Below the pieces are notes generated by a model, which worked only from the letters and a program-made list of their open reading frames with translations, was not told the origin of the DNA and did no database searches. A stretch of 63,652 nucleotides of DNA, the filler included, from Chlamydiia bacterium (GTDB taxonomy: Bacteria; Chlamydiota; Chlamydiia; Chlamydiales; FEN-1388): assembly GCA_903848235.1 (NCBI GenBank). It is 7 parts of 7 records of this genome, joined end to end, with 100 filler letters (N's around TTAATTAATTAA, not from the genome) between each part and the next. Parts side by side here need not be neighbours in the genome. Positions count along the whole stretch, not along the records: positions 61,682 to 63,652 come from CAINFV010000120.1; 6 more parts are not named here. One strand, 5' to 3'. Positions 62,365 through 63,652 of the stretch are shown piece after piece; the first letter of the stretch is position 1, and each line of letters opens with the position of its first letter. The position numbers and the translations under genes are program-made.

Positions 62365-63548
62365 GTCATGCGTACGAAAGTATGGACAAGGACACCGTTC
62401 GCAACAAATTCTTCGACGCAGGTGTGAAGACACACACAAAAGACGGGATACATAAATGGCTGGAAATAGGCCCTGGTGCTCATGGCACCCTCACCAAGAT
62501 GGTGTTAAGGGCACACGAGGAATGCACAATTGTTGCCATTGAGGCTGTGGAGGACAGCTGTAAACAAATCCGCAAGCTGCTCAAGCAAGACAGACGCAGA
62601 TTGGTTGTTCTGCATGGGTATGCGGGAGAAGTTGCCCTGCCCACGAACAGTAACTTTACGGCTCTAATAGCAGAGATTCTCGGCCACTTTGGCTCCAGGT
62701 AAACTAATGTTTGTTCCTCGAGTTTTCGCATGTAATCTTCTCTAAGCGAGGGATATGTATTCATTCTCCGCTGCCTTGGAATGCAAACCCCCATGCTGGG
62801 CAGAACCTTACGGGTGGCTCTCCCTGCAGTCTTTGGCACAAAGATGGTGCCCGTGGACCTCTCGATAAGGGACGCTCATCTAACTATTTCGTGCGTTGGT
62901 CCCCGCCTTATGCTTTTCAGCAAGTTCCCGTTTAGGGAGACAGCGCTGTCTCCGATCTGCGGTACTATGGAGAGGTACAACTCACTGGATGTTTTGAACA
63001 CAGACGACTTTCAAAAAGTCTTCTCATTTGAGTGGATAATCTGCGAGAAGACAATTGGCAGGCGCCCCTTCCACGGATTTGCATTTTTCTGCTTTTTCCA
63101 AGACAACGAGGGGAACGAAAAGTCATCTGGCCTTTGTGGTAAAGGCAGGGAAGATAGTTTGCAGGATGAGGGGCTGGCAGCTCAGACCATGAAAACGAGG
63201 AGCAAAGGAGGCACTGAGGAGTGCTGTACCAACTGGCAAAATGTCTTTCTGCCCATTGGACGCGGAGAGTTGCTAGTGGGTGCGGAGGACGTATTGTCCG
63301 TCACGGTGACGTGTAATGTTCTGCAGATGCAGCCTAGCTATACATTCCTTGTGCGTTTAAAGGAGAAGGGGAGTAAAGAGACGACAGAAGAGACGATCGA
63401 AGTTCATTATTCGGACCTAATGCCGCTGATCTGCACTGTCCAGCAATACAGGGCTCGAGATGATGCCACTTCAAAAAAATGCCAGAAAAGGAAATGTGCG
63501 GAAAAGGGTAAAGAGGGACTAGTCAGGCACAAGAAAGAGGACAGCTAG
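62365..63548 (+). CDS. Protein arginine methyltransferase-like (PRMT5/7 type) gene with GT-AG intron 62699-62746; 5' exons uncertain
   Basis: YESMDKDTVRN, WLEIGPG, IVAIE; splicing restores EILGHFGSSE double-E loop; TNWQNVFLP resembles the THW loop. Confidence 0.75.
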
Positions 63549-63652
63549 GGTCACACATAATTTGTTTTCGATCCCTTATGAAAATAATTTTCCTTTTAAA
63601 TTAATTGTATTCAAACAAGTTAAACATGGAATATCAACTCGGGGCGAAGGGG

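Noticed and set aside
63139..63164. Additional GT-AG intron in the PRMT-like gene
   Set aside because: The frame is already open, and removing 26 nt would shift it.

Overview
Concatenation of seven contig pieces from a metagenome-assembled genome, joined by six artificial 100-nt N/TTAATTAATTAA linkers. Four pieces (1-20682, 20783-28203, 32516-51173, 51274-61581) belong to an environmental Chlamydiae organism, judged by chlamydial gene order (RMD1/YagE-yidD; pckG-mreB-SNF2-tRNA-Gly-tig-clpP-clpX; clpB; gmk-rpoZ-metG; ptsH-ptsI-tsaB-rpsU-dnaJ). Many ORFan, effector-like genes are interspersed: a DUF582-like repeat protein, an ART-fold candidate, a coiled-coil/nitrilase/OTU-like giant protein, a duplicated-domain protein and a BTB-like candidate. 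A set of nested palindromic miniature elements brackets several of them: a TATACC-ended long hairpin, an ACTGGACTTTAGC-ended hairpin, a 26-bp motif 85-93 nt upstream of three ORFans, and IS5-like GAGGCTTTTGCAAAA hairpins. Three short pieces look foreign: an ArsP/DUF318 permease pair, a tyrosine-recombinase element with integrase halves at both contig ends, and a eukaryote-type PRMT-like methyltransferase gene with GT-AG introns. All family calls come from reading motifs by eye; no searches were run.
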